DNA of 64,000 nucleotides from Phoronis australis (lineage: Eukaryota; Animalia; Phoronida): assembly GCA_002633005.1 (NCBI GenBank), contig NMRA01000032.1, positions 600,911 through 664,910 of the forward strand. Reading direction: 5' to 3'. Below, in pieces: positions 40,054 through 51,700 of this stretch (positions are counted from its first letter, which is position 1; each line of letters opens with the position of its first letter). A program made the position numbers and the translations under genes. Under the pieces are notes generated by a model. The model worked only from the letters and a program-made list of their open reading frames with translations, was not told where the DNA came from and did no database searches.

Positions 40054-42359
40054 GCAGTGGTCTTATCAGACTTCCTAATAACGATGTCATCATGTTAATG
40101 TTAGTTTCCGCATGATGCAATTATCTTGTAATAAGTTGTTTCCTATACTCAAGAATGAAAGCTTCTTCTCGGCTGCAGGGTCATGGAGCTGATTATGTGT
40201 TTTTTGAACAAAGAACAGATCCAATTCAAGAAATTCCAAAAGAATATTAACCAAAGAACTTCGTATTGCCGCCAAGCAACTGAGGGACAATGATGACATC
40301 GTTATTAGGAAGTCTGATAAGACCACTGCGTGTGTCATAATGAATAAGAACGAGTACCAAAGAGAAACTGAATAACATCATTGCTGACAAGTCAAAGTTT
40401 GAGAGTATAAATCGTAACCCCGTAAATAATCTTAAGAAAGAACTAAACCGTTTAATTAAACTAGCCAATGCTCACAAAAAGTATTTCAAAATTGTTGAGG
40501 GTGATTTTTCAGAAGGATACTTGTACAGTAACCCTGAAACACATAAGCCTGGGTACCCACTAAGATCCATCATTTCTCAAGTGTTAACCCCTACTTATGA
40601 AATTGCTAAAACATTAGATAAACTATCAAACAATACTTACCTTATAAGTACAATGTGAAATCTCGTAATGAATTTTTAGATTTATTAAGATCTGTTGACG
40701 CAACACCAAATTCCTATCTTGTATCTCTTGACGTTGTCGAAAGTGTAGAAATTATAATATCTTCTATGTATAGCCATGTATCAATGGCTCCTCCCAGTAT
40801 TCCTAAAGAGGTAATTCGAGATTTGCTGTTACATTGCACTACAAAAGTACATCGATGGCAAACTGTATTTACAAACCAATGGTGGATCACCTCTCGGACC
40901 AACTTTTGCTGATTTTTACATGTGCAACCTTGAAACTAAGATTATTGATAGTCTTCAAGAAAAGCCGAACATGTACTGCAGGTATGTTGATGATATTTTT
41001 ATCATTGCCTACCATGATAAGCAGTTACCAGTTAGCAAAAAGCTTCCGTTCCTAAACGTACTTATTGATTATGATGAATGTGGTATTAAAACCTTAGTAT
41101 GCAGGAAACCAACATATGATGTGGTTTGTTTACATGAAACCAGCCAATGTCCTCTGAGATATAAACTCTCTGTTTTGAAAAGCTTTTTGAAAAGAGCATA
41201 TTCCGTTTGCTCAGACTGGGAAACCTTCAATACTGAGTGTAATCGCATCAAGCAAATTATGATAAATAACGTTTACAGTAATAAGTTTGTTGATGAAAAT
41301 ATGAAGCATTTCATAAGCCGCTTGCAGAAGCCTGTATGTTTAAAACAAATAAGTGGTTGTACCAAGAAACTACTCTACCACAACCAATTCCGTTCACGTT
41401 ATAAAAAAATAATTGCAGGCGGTCTGATACACGTTGTATCAGACGTGCGTTCACGTTACATTGAAGATGAACGAGTTTTAAAACGGATCATCCATAATAA
41501 TGTTAAGACCGTTAAGCCAGAATATAGCCTTTCGTTAATTACAGATTACCAAAACCATAAAACTAAAGATCTTGTTGTTAAAAACAATATGTGTACAAAG
41601 TCTGTCCGAGTGTTAGCCAAAACTGACTTGATTTATCAGTTCAGTTGCCCTCACAATGAATGGATTCGTTCAAACAAGATTGCTCAAGGTATGTTGGTTA
41701 TACAACTTGCACTTTATCTCGCCGGTTATCTGTGCATTTACAAAATGGATCCATTAAAGATCACTTTCAAACACTCCACAAACAGAAAAGTTCTCGTTCA
41801 GATATTGTTGACAATACCATCGTTAGGTATTCCGAACGTGACTCATTTCGTTAGAAAATACTCGAAGCTTCAATAATAAAAACTGAAACTCCTGACATAA
41901 ATTCCCAAGATACTGGGTTCCATCTTACCTTGTCGTTATATAAATAATGTCCATAAGTTGTAACACCTATGCATTTTATTAAATTTTACAACGTTTTATA
42001 GTACATTGATTTCCATGACAATTCCTTCTGTAATTGCGCTCTTATATTCGTGTATAATGTCATTGCTCTTGTTTCGTGTATATTACACGATAGCGTTTAT
42101 GATTTTTAAATTTATTTGCCTTGGATGACTGAAGTCTAGTCGAAGTACAGCAACTGTTTTATTATGAAATGTTTTATTTTGATATACTTATATATTTGTG
42201 TTCGTGATGCCACTTACACTCGGCGATCTGTTATTTCAACTGCCATCTGAAGAAAGACATTGATGTAGACAATACAAAGTTTGTTGAACAAACTATCTGA
42301 GGCCAAGAACAGCTTACTTTTCAATGAAACATGTATAAAAGAAGGGCAGGTCTGCTACC

Positions 42360-42362
<3 letters not shown>
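40054..42362 (+). mobile_element. Penelope-like retroelement, decayed (RT + GIY-YIG endonuclease + terminal repeat)
   Basis: IVIRKSDK..VIMNKNEY, THKPGYPLRSIISQ, LVSLDV, YCRYVDDIF, LPFL, HETSQCP, IYQFSCP...YVGYTTCTLSRRLSVH; several frameshifts; an N-terminal-type piece ([13 protein letters not shown]) follows at 42280-42365. Confidence 0.88.
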
Positions 42363-42439
<77 letters not shown>

Positions 42440-42521
42440 TGTATGTATGAATGTGTGTATGTATGTAGATATATAGCTAGGTAGGTATGTATATATATAT
42501 ATATCTGCGCGTGTGTGTGTG

Positions 42522-42553
<32 letters not shown>

Positions 42554-42585
42554 TGCATGCGTGTGTGTGGGTGGTTGTGTGTGTA
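42362..42585. repeat. Compound microsatellite (TA)n/(TATG)n/(TG)n/(TGCG)n
   Basis: Directly visible. Confidence 0.95.
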
Positions 42586-45571
42586 TACTTGATCAAACTT
42601 GACTTTACTTTTAGCTGGACATTTTGTAGGCCTTACACTTTCTCACATGCGCGCACTCAGGGGGACTCGAAGTGGGCAAAAAGGTCCGCCTCGGAGAACC
42701 AAAAACTACAAAAAAAGTCGAGACAAAAGTCCACTAGAAAGGCAGAAACTACCTATGCACCATTCATAGCTCTTAACGTATCCCGTAAATCTTAATAAAA
42801 GGTACACATTCTCAAAAATTCGAGCCTCTCCCTCTCATGTTTAGGCTGGGTGCGCGCATGTGCTTATACTTTTTGTATAATTTCCGATCTTCCGGCGTAC
42901 AGCTGCAAAACAAATTGCTAACGGACTTTACAAACAAACGGTAGCAATAGTTTTCGGGAGCACCTGTCTTGTCCTCAGGCACTTGGTGAAAGGAATGTGG
43001 CAAAAGCGGAATAAACAGTGAAACAAACTGTGACAGCAGTTAGAAGGGCATACAACTACAACCAGAGAGTTTATTGATAGGTATCAATAATTTGGACTAA
43101 TTCCCAACGGCTCAGCAGGCCGAAGGTATGCTTTAGATGAGTTGCTGACTGTTTTTGTACAACTTACCACGGATATGCAAATGCACACTCCTTAACGGGG
43201 GACACTGGCTATAATATAAAAATAGTTGTGCGACATCAGCATCACTGCTTGAAAAGATATTCCATGTAAAATCCATAAATTGGGGAGCAGGTCAAAAGAC
43301 ATAGTTGGTTTTGGTCCGTGTTTACTTTGAAAATCGAGTTGGCGGTATGGCAGTTTTTGTTGTTTCCAATGTCCCTTGTTCACGGTGACACACATTGCAA
43401 GTATATGGATCACTCTTTCTTACTTTCCGAAGAAATAAGTTTACTTATAAAGTAGTATGGAAAGTCCTACTCAGCAACTTATGAACTTATCTGTCCACAG
43501 CACGTTTCAAATTTACACAGCAGATGTTTGCTCATTTTCTATCAGAAAGCCTTTATGTGCAAAAATTTCGGATAGGTAGTTGCAGTAATTAGTTTATCAC
43601 ATTTTTTAAATGACATTGCATCCTGAATTTTACTGAAGAACTATATCAAACGGCACCAAATGTCAAATTAATATGTAAGAATATTTTGGATGAATGTCTG
43701 ACTAAATGCTTTACATGTTCAGCGACTTTGAATGGTCGATATTCTGAAATCTTTGTCTTGATAAGCTGTCTTCTTTTGAATCATTGCAATTATTTCCCTC
43801 CTGTTTTAATTAGTCATTTAATTATAACCTTCATGGGTCATTTCCTTTCAAACCCCAAAATTACGCATTTTGGCAAAAAAATTCTTGGTTTTTAGAATTA
43901 AAAAATTATTTCTAAACATGCCAGGTAAGGGAAATGATAATTTTTTATGAATCAAATTATGTATCTCTTGCTTCTGTTCAGTGCAGTGGGCCAAACTGGG
44001 TGGCCTAAGCACGTCTGGTGCACCGCAGAAGGCACCAGGTCACCTGCCTATTTTTTGTCATACCATCAGGAAGTGATAAAACATGTTCCAATGATATGAT
44101 ACTTATGCAATTCGGTTGAAAAACGGCGGAGTTGCGAAAAGTTATAGTGACAGTAAATTCCATAGCAAGAACAAACACCGGATCAGTCAGGCGAATGCAA
44201 ACAAATGTCACGCATGCGCGGCGCAACCTCACCAGCTGGAAATCGAAGTTGACCTTCCAGGGCAAGAGTTCTATGATGCAACTCACTTTATCTGGGTCAC
44301 ATTTTCAATTTGCATGGTCACTACAGGTCACTTTAAATGCATGGCGATATCTCTCTAAGACTTGCATAATATCCTAAATTTATTGGACTGTAGGTCATGC
44401 CCGTGCGCAGCACGTGACTTGGCCGAGGAAGGGGGGGGGTACGAAGCTAAAGGAAGCAGTTTAAACTCTTACCTTTGCTATATGAAAACTCTCATACTTC
44501 ATGTGATGTTAGGGTTTTATTATACGTTGGCCAAGCCCTACCATCACTGGAAATCAACAAAAAAGTCAAATTTGACAGTCGGGTAACACAAGTCCGATAA
44601 TTTCAGCTGTAGTTTGTCATTTCTGAGTTACAATGCAGGATACAGTGGCAAAAGGTAAGGAAACTGAAATGAAATGACGTCGAACTATGTGCATATAATG
44701 AAGTAACTAGCTAATTGTCTTGAGAGGTCCACAGCGAGTTTAATTGAATAAATGTTTATGCATTGGTAGACACCATTAGACAACTAAATAGCTTACAGGC
44801 TACCGACAAAATACCATTACTTTTTCAATATATCAGGCTCTCAAAGTTCATTAACATTACGTCGAACTGTAGAAAATTGTTTTATTTAAAATAGACTTCA
44901 CTTGCCTAAAAGACCAAATCCATTTTTCGTGTTGGCAATAATGACGAGATTGCTTTGGAAATCGTCTTAAGTTAAGGTTTGACAAAGAGAGAATTATGAG
45001 TTTCTGAGTAATTCACTAAGGCTTCGATTAAAATTCACATCTTACCAGCAGCTTCTGTTATTTCATCGTCACTCAGCTTCCATTTTCCTTAAAAAAATGA
45101 CGTAAATTCCTTCATTGCACAGTGGAGCAGACGACGGAAACGGAGTCGTAGTGCGCAGCGCCACTGCCTATCGCCTTGGATATNCTAAAACTGCACACAT
45201 TTAAATCTTGTTTCATCTGTATAATTTTAATTACCGGGGTTAATTAATAAACTCAACATTTCTCTACGGTCTTGCTGTTTTAATTTTTGCGGCAGCCAAG
45301 GGGGGGCGGGCCCCCCCCAAATCCGCCTATGTGAACTGACCAAAAAGCTGCCGACAATGCTAAAATTGGAGGTGTGCCGGTTCATCTGACAGCCTTTCTC
45401 TAGTACTTTCATGACAGCTGACAAACATTCATTTACAGCGAAAAGCATTTTTAGTAAAAGAGAATTACGGGAGTAATTGAAAAACCAGGCAATATGAGTT
45501 AAATCTGGCTTGCCAGGGCAGACCCCCAAATCCCGGTGGAGTGGGATGCATTCGCACCCATCGCACCTCCC

Positions 45572-48500
45572 CTCCCCCCCCGTGTACGGATATGTACGAG
45601 CAACCCGGCTAGTGTTGTCCAGCATAACGGACTATAACCATAAATTAAATGACCTATGCTAAACCAAGCATCTTAAATAGGGTCGTCATTGGGTCCAACA
45701 CGGCAACAGCATGTCGACTGAGCGTTTGCTTTACGGAGAGGAGTATCTTACTTTCTTCAATGTGGATGATTACATGAATTCGTTTTACAGTGACATAAAT
45801 GGAACGTCAGCTCCTTCTGTTTTGACTAGATTTATTCTCAATTCTTTGCACGACATTTTCAAAGAAGGTGAGATTATAACAAAAAAATGGGATGATAGAC
45901 GCATAGCATGACTCGCTTGAGGCTTAGTACAAAGGATAGCAGTTTTCAGCCAACACTATAAAATGTGACCGTTCGCCCTGTACTGTATTTATTTTACAAT
46001 ATATTATAGGTGCATTAAACCTATATAGTACCGCTTTCGCATGTAGACATTTTTATGAGAAGGCAGATAGGGCTCGCACATCGCTCATCAGAAGGCAAAT
46101 CAGCCGAGACAGTTGGCAAAGGCGTGTTCACGGGTGAAACAACATGACCGCCGGACAATATGTTGTTATCAATGACTTTGTATGATACTGCGGGTTTTGA
46201 CGTAACCGGTCAGCTAGCTGTGTAAACACTATCGCCAAAATAAAGCTTGGTAGCACTGCGTTGGTTATTGAGCTCCGTTACTTCCCCGAAATTTCCCACA
46301 GCCCGGGTACATCCCGGCCAACCCGCGATCGAGAACGCCCGGAAGGCGATCGAGAACGAGACCTTGCACCAAAAATGGCAGACGACAGTCGCGTACCCGG
46401 TGACTTTAAGTGTCATTTTCTGCTTAAATAGAGGGCACTTTGGTACGAATGTTACACACAGAAAAGCGTCAGAGTGTAACCTTTGTTGTGGATCTGAAAT
46501 AATACTTGGCTTTTGCTTATTTTTTAAAGCAATGGCTTTCGGTAAAATTCCTTGTGCCTCGTAAAATCGACAATTTCTACTTGTTATTAGTAGCAATTCC
46601 AGGGTTCTCAAGAAGAGACGTGTGACGTTTATAGTTTAATCGTCCATGGTGACATCTTAGTTATGATTTGTGAAACAATTTGAGATATTTACCAATAAAA
46701 GCAGGTCCTTGTGTGAGACGGCGATCGGGAACGATGTCGTTAATTCGCTCTATGGCGATCGTGAACGTACATTTTTTCTCTGCATTGATCTGAATAGTCG
46801 TTCAAGTTACCGTATTATGTCAATAACTTTAGAATAATACCGAGCCTGAATTAGTTGATGGGTTAATTATTAATTACATTTCATCGTTTTTTCATTATTT
46901 CTAAGTGAGATTAGCCTAACAAACATAACTGAATGCGTTTTTTTCAGTTGAACTGTAGCCACACGACGAGTCCTTCAGGGTGTTTACGTCCACGCCTTCA
47001 AAAANNNNNNNNNNNNNNNNNNNNNNNNNNNNNNNNNNNNNNNNNNNNNNNNNNNNNNNNNNNNNNNNNNNNNNNNNNNNNNNNNNNNNNNNNNNNNNNN
47101 NNNNNNNNNNNNNNNNNNNNNNNNNNNNNNNNNNNNNNNNNNNNNNNNNNNNNNNNNNNNNNNNNNNNNNNNNNNNNNNNNNNNNNNNNNNNNNNNNNNN
47201 NNNNNNNNNNNNNNNNNNNNNNNNNNNNNNNNNNNNNNNNNNNNNNNNNNNNNNNNNNNNNNNNNNNNNNNNNNNNNNNNNNNCCCCCCCCCCCCCCGTG
47301 TACGGATATGTAGGAGTAACCCGGCTATTGTTGTCGAGTATAACGGACTATAATCATAAATTAAATGACCTATGCTAAACCAAGCAACTTAAATAGGGTC
47401 GTCATTGTGTCCAACACGGCAACAGCATGTCGACTGAGGCGGATCATGAGCGTTTGCTTTACGGAGAGGATTATCTTACTTTCTTCAACGTGGATGATTA
47501 CATGAATTCGTTTTACAGTGACGTAAATGGAACGTCAGCTCCTTCTGTTTTGACTAGATTTATTCTCAATTCTTTGCACGACATTTTCAAAGAAGGTGAG
47601 ATTATAGCAAAAAATGTGATGATAGACGCATATGACTCGTTTGAGGCTTAATACAAAGGATAGCAGTTTTCAGCCAACATAAAATGTGACCGTTCGCCCT
47701 GTACCGTATTTATTTTACAATATATTATACATAGGCGGATTTAGGGGGGGCAGGGGGTCCGCCCCCGCCCCCTTGGCTGCCGCAAAAAAGGCGTCTTCAC
47801 GGGTGAAACAACATGGCCGCCGGACAATATGTAGTTATCAATGCCTTGGTATGATACTGCGGGTTATGACGTAACCGGTCAGCTAGCTGTGTAAAGACTA
47901 TCGCCAAAATAAAGCTGCGTTGGTTATTGAGCTCCGTTACATCCCCGAAATTTCCCACATCCCGGGTATACCCCGGCCAACCATCGATCGAGAACGCCCG
48001 GAAGGCGATCGAGAACGAGACCTTGCACCAAAAATGACAGACGACAGTCACGCCTACCCGGTGAGTTTATGTGTCGTTTTCTGCTTAAATAGAGGCCACT
48101 TTGGTACGAATGTTACACACAGAAAAGCGTCAGAGTGTAACCTTTGTTGTGGATCTGAAATAATACTTGGCTTTTGCTTATTTTTTAAAATAAAAAGCTC
48201 AGAAAGCAATGCTTTCGGTAAAATGCATTGCGCCTCGTAAAATCGACAATTTCTACTTGTTATTAGTAGCAATTCCAGAGTTCTTAAGAAGAGACGTGTG
48301 ACGTTTATAGTTTAATCGTCCCTTGTGACACCTTTGTTAGTTGTGATTTGTGAAACAATTTGAGATATTTACCAATACAAGCAGGTCCTTGTGTGAGACG
48401 GCGATCGGGAACGATGTCGTTAATTCTCTATCAATGGCGATCGTGAACGCAAAAAAGCAATCGTGAACTTACATTTTTTCTCTGCATTGACCTGAATAGT

Positions 48501-48714
48501 CGTTCAAGTTACCTTTTTTATGTCAATAACTTTAGAATAATACCGAGCCTGAATTAGTTAATGGGTTAATTATTAATTACATTTCATCGTTTTTTCATTT
48601 TTTTTCTAAGTGAGATTTAGTCTAACAAACATAACTGAATGCGTTTGATTTTTTCAGTTGAACTGTAGCAACACGACGAATCCTTCAGGGTGTTTACGTC
48701 CATGCCTTCAAAAA
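45572..48714 (+). repeat. Gap-flanking duplication E, includes methyltransferase exon 1
   Basis: 45572-47004 vs 47284-48714 around N47005-47283. Confidence 0.9.
45711..45867 (+). CDS. Second copy of methyltransferase exon 1 (12 nt shorter), probably the alternative haplotype
   Basis: MSTERLLYGEEYLTFFNVDDYMNSFY...DIFKE|gtgaga within block 45572-47004, repeated after the gap at 47284-48714. Confidence 0.7.
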
Positions 48715-51700
48715 AGAGTAGTATAACTGCTGCAGTGTCACAACGGCGTGTGTGTATGTGTGTGTGTGTGTTGTGGAGCCTCGTTCAGGAACTAAGAAAT
48801 CGACTTAGTATGACCACATGGCAATAAAATATAAGACAGTACAACAAAGCAAGACCTTTACCAGCCCTGTGATTGACGCGTTGCACGCTTCAAGAGTTTT
48901 TTTACCAATATCGTAAAACACAGCATGTTGTTAAGTCACTATAGTTTATTCAGATTTACAAAGTCTGTGGTTGGTAGTTGTCTGATCTGATAGTATTTTG
49001 ACGCTTTGTTTTGAACCTTTTTTCCTCAATTTTTTTTTCTATATTTGTGTTATTTCAAAAGGATCTTTAACAGAACCAGTACATTTTTGTAGTGTTTAGG
49101 TAGATTTAAATGGCCATACTAAGTGTCATTGGGCAATACTTTCATACAATTGTTCTGACCAATAAGTATTTTAAATGAAAATATGTCTAAGATTATTGTA
49201 GAAATTGCTTTCATATTGTTGTTGATTTCCTGTGAGAGACTATTATACTATCAATCAGTCCTAAATACATTGTCTATGATTCAGTGATGATTTAGTCTAA
49301 TACATTCCAAAAGTAATTCGTTGGAAATGTTCAATGGATTTGTTTTGTTGATTTCCCTATAAATGAATTTATTTAATTTTGTTAGACCAATTCTGAGGTA
49401 CGTGCGATAAAGGATTAATATTATAATAGAAATGCTATAATACTGATTTCCTGTGTAAATCACTACAGTGTGTAGTTGAAGTGACGTTAATGACAACATG
49501 TTGACTACGTTTTGAGAAAATCAAAATACAGTAGGTGTATTATAACTCTCAATCTTTTTCAGTGTCACATTAAACTCGAGATCATGAACAGATGATGCAG
49601 GTGAACTTAGGAACAATACTACAAAACAGAAGAGTCAAACACAACGTACATTCAAGCCACACGGTGCCACAAGTCAATCTGTTCATCTCTGTATCATGTT
49701 ATCAGTAAAACATCAAGTAAAAGGCCACCAGTTTGCACAACTTCTGGCCAACTTTTTGATCCCAGACGTTTATGATCGTGAATCTTTGAATCATCTCGTG
49801 AAGTGTTGCTGCACTCCCCTCTCTCCCCATGGGCAAGCTCATCATAATTCTTTGACTTCACTGGCTATTTGTTTTTTTCCTCTTGCTGTCACAATTTTAC
49901 AAGAAGATTCTACACTCGCTTTCATCTCGGTGCAGCAACAATTTGTTTAGCCCTGGCTGACAGGCCACATGGAACAACTCCTGGGTGAGTCTTCAGTTTA
50001 GAAACCATTGTTCTCAGTGGTTTGGTCTAAAAGTAGATGCCTGGCCTGTACTTTTCAAAACCCTGGTCGGGTGTACCTTCACGTCGTGGGTAACGTGTTC
50101 GTTGAAGCTCGCCTCACATTAACAGTGAACTTGTTTCCTGAAATGAGAATAAATTCGTTTGTGAAACTAAAATTATGCTTGGTGTACATGTAGTGCTCAT
50201 GGCAATTTAATGAAAATAAAGCTATGTTGTTGTTCAGTTTTGATACGAAAGTAACACAGTAACGACCCAAAATGTGATTAATTCATTGCACCACACTTAT
50301 TTTGTAACCTTTTCACGTTTAAAAGTAAAAAGTTCATTACTGTTCGACACACCACAATGCGTTCCCGATCGCATAAACAAACACAAATTTGCGTTCCCGA
50401 TCGCTTATCGTGGCGTTCTCGATCGCATCTTTCAACAGAAAAGCGTCGAAAAATCAGAGATCCTGACAAAACTACAAGAAAGCGTTGCTTTATATTTTCA
50501 CACGTCATTTCTTCATAACTCCATGGTCAATTTATTGATTTAGTGCCAAAAATAACGGCAATTTGCCAAAATGACATACAAGTCACCTTCGGCTTAAGCG
50601 ATGCCTCGGTCAACGTAACATTTCTCCTATAATTAGGAGAGAAACTAGCCTAAACCTCTACCTGCCCTTCCTAAATGTGTGAAGTCATGTCTCTGTTTTC
50701 ACATTGGAAGTGAAAACTACGAAAATTCATCAAATTTACTCACCTTGCCTGGATTCGCTTCTGGCGCCAAATTTCGTTCTCGATCGCTTTCAGGTCGTTC
50801 TCGATCGCGGGTTGGCCGGGGTGGGGTATAGCTCTGCTCGTTACCTCGTCTTGAAACTTATTTCAACATGTAGAGCTAGCGACCGGGAAAGGCGCATGCA
50901 AAATCTAGGAGTATACTCACCTTGCAGGTTGCAGTCGCTTGAGTGAAAAACAATCTAATGAACGTTATTTGTTTGCCTATTGTAACAAGAAAGTCTGTCG
51001 CAATGACAGCAATGACAAACAATTAAAATTGTTTGTCATTGCGGTTTCAATCCCCGGCGGTCATGTTCAGTACCCGGTGGTCCTGTTTTCTGGTAGGGCG
51101 GTCATGTTTTTAGGTGCGTCAGTCCCATTTTCTGGTGCGGTGGTCCCATTTGATCCCCGGAGGTCCTGTTTTGGGTGAGTCGGTCCGATTTAAGAGGACC
51201 GGCGGTCATGCTGTTTCTCACCCCGCGTGGTTTATAACCACTGGAACGTAACCTTTTCACGGTGAGAAGGAATATCTGCTGTCTGGTTTGGTGGTGCGGA
51301 TGTCATACCTGCGAGGTACGAGTCACATTTGACATCATAACGCTAAATCGTCGTGAGAGACCGTCCAGAGTTGGTATATGGTGCAACTCCGGACGGTCTG
51401 GGCTCAACAGAAAATCAGTTCTACTGTGAGTCTACACCAATGTGATAAACGTGTGTAGTTCTACTTGCCGCGTTAGCTGCAGGTATCATTATCTCTTTCA
51501 TGACACAAAATTTGTAACTGGGCAAAGCCTTTTCAAACTAGTTATATATAAACCAGTGCAGCGTGAGACCCCTGAGGTCCCTGTCAAGTCCTCACGACAA
51601 TTCTACGTTATGTTTTTTCAGACGGCCGATCAAACGCTATAAAAGTCTGGGGCTCAGTCATTTGGTTCTTTTGCAACAATTTTCGAACCCCTCTCCTCCC

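Noticed and set aside
42281-42795. ORFs rich in YI/CV/HT repeats
   Set aside because: Translations of the microsatellite.
45711-47595. Alternative first exons or two methyltransferase genes
   Set aside because: The whole block repeats across a gap and only one set of exons 2-3 exists.
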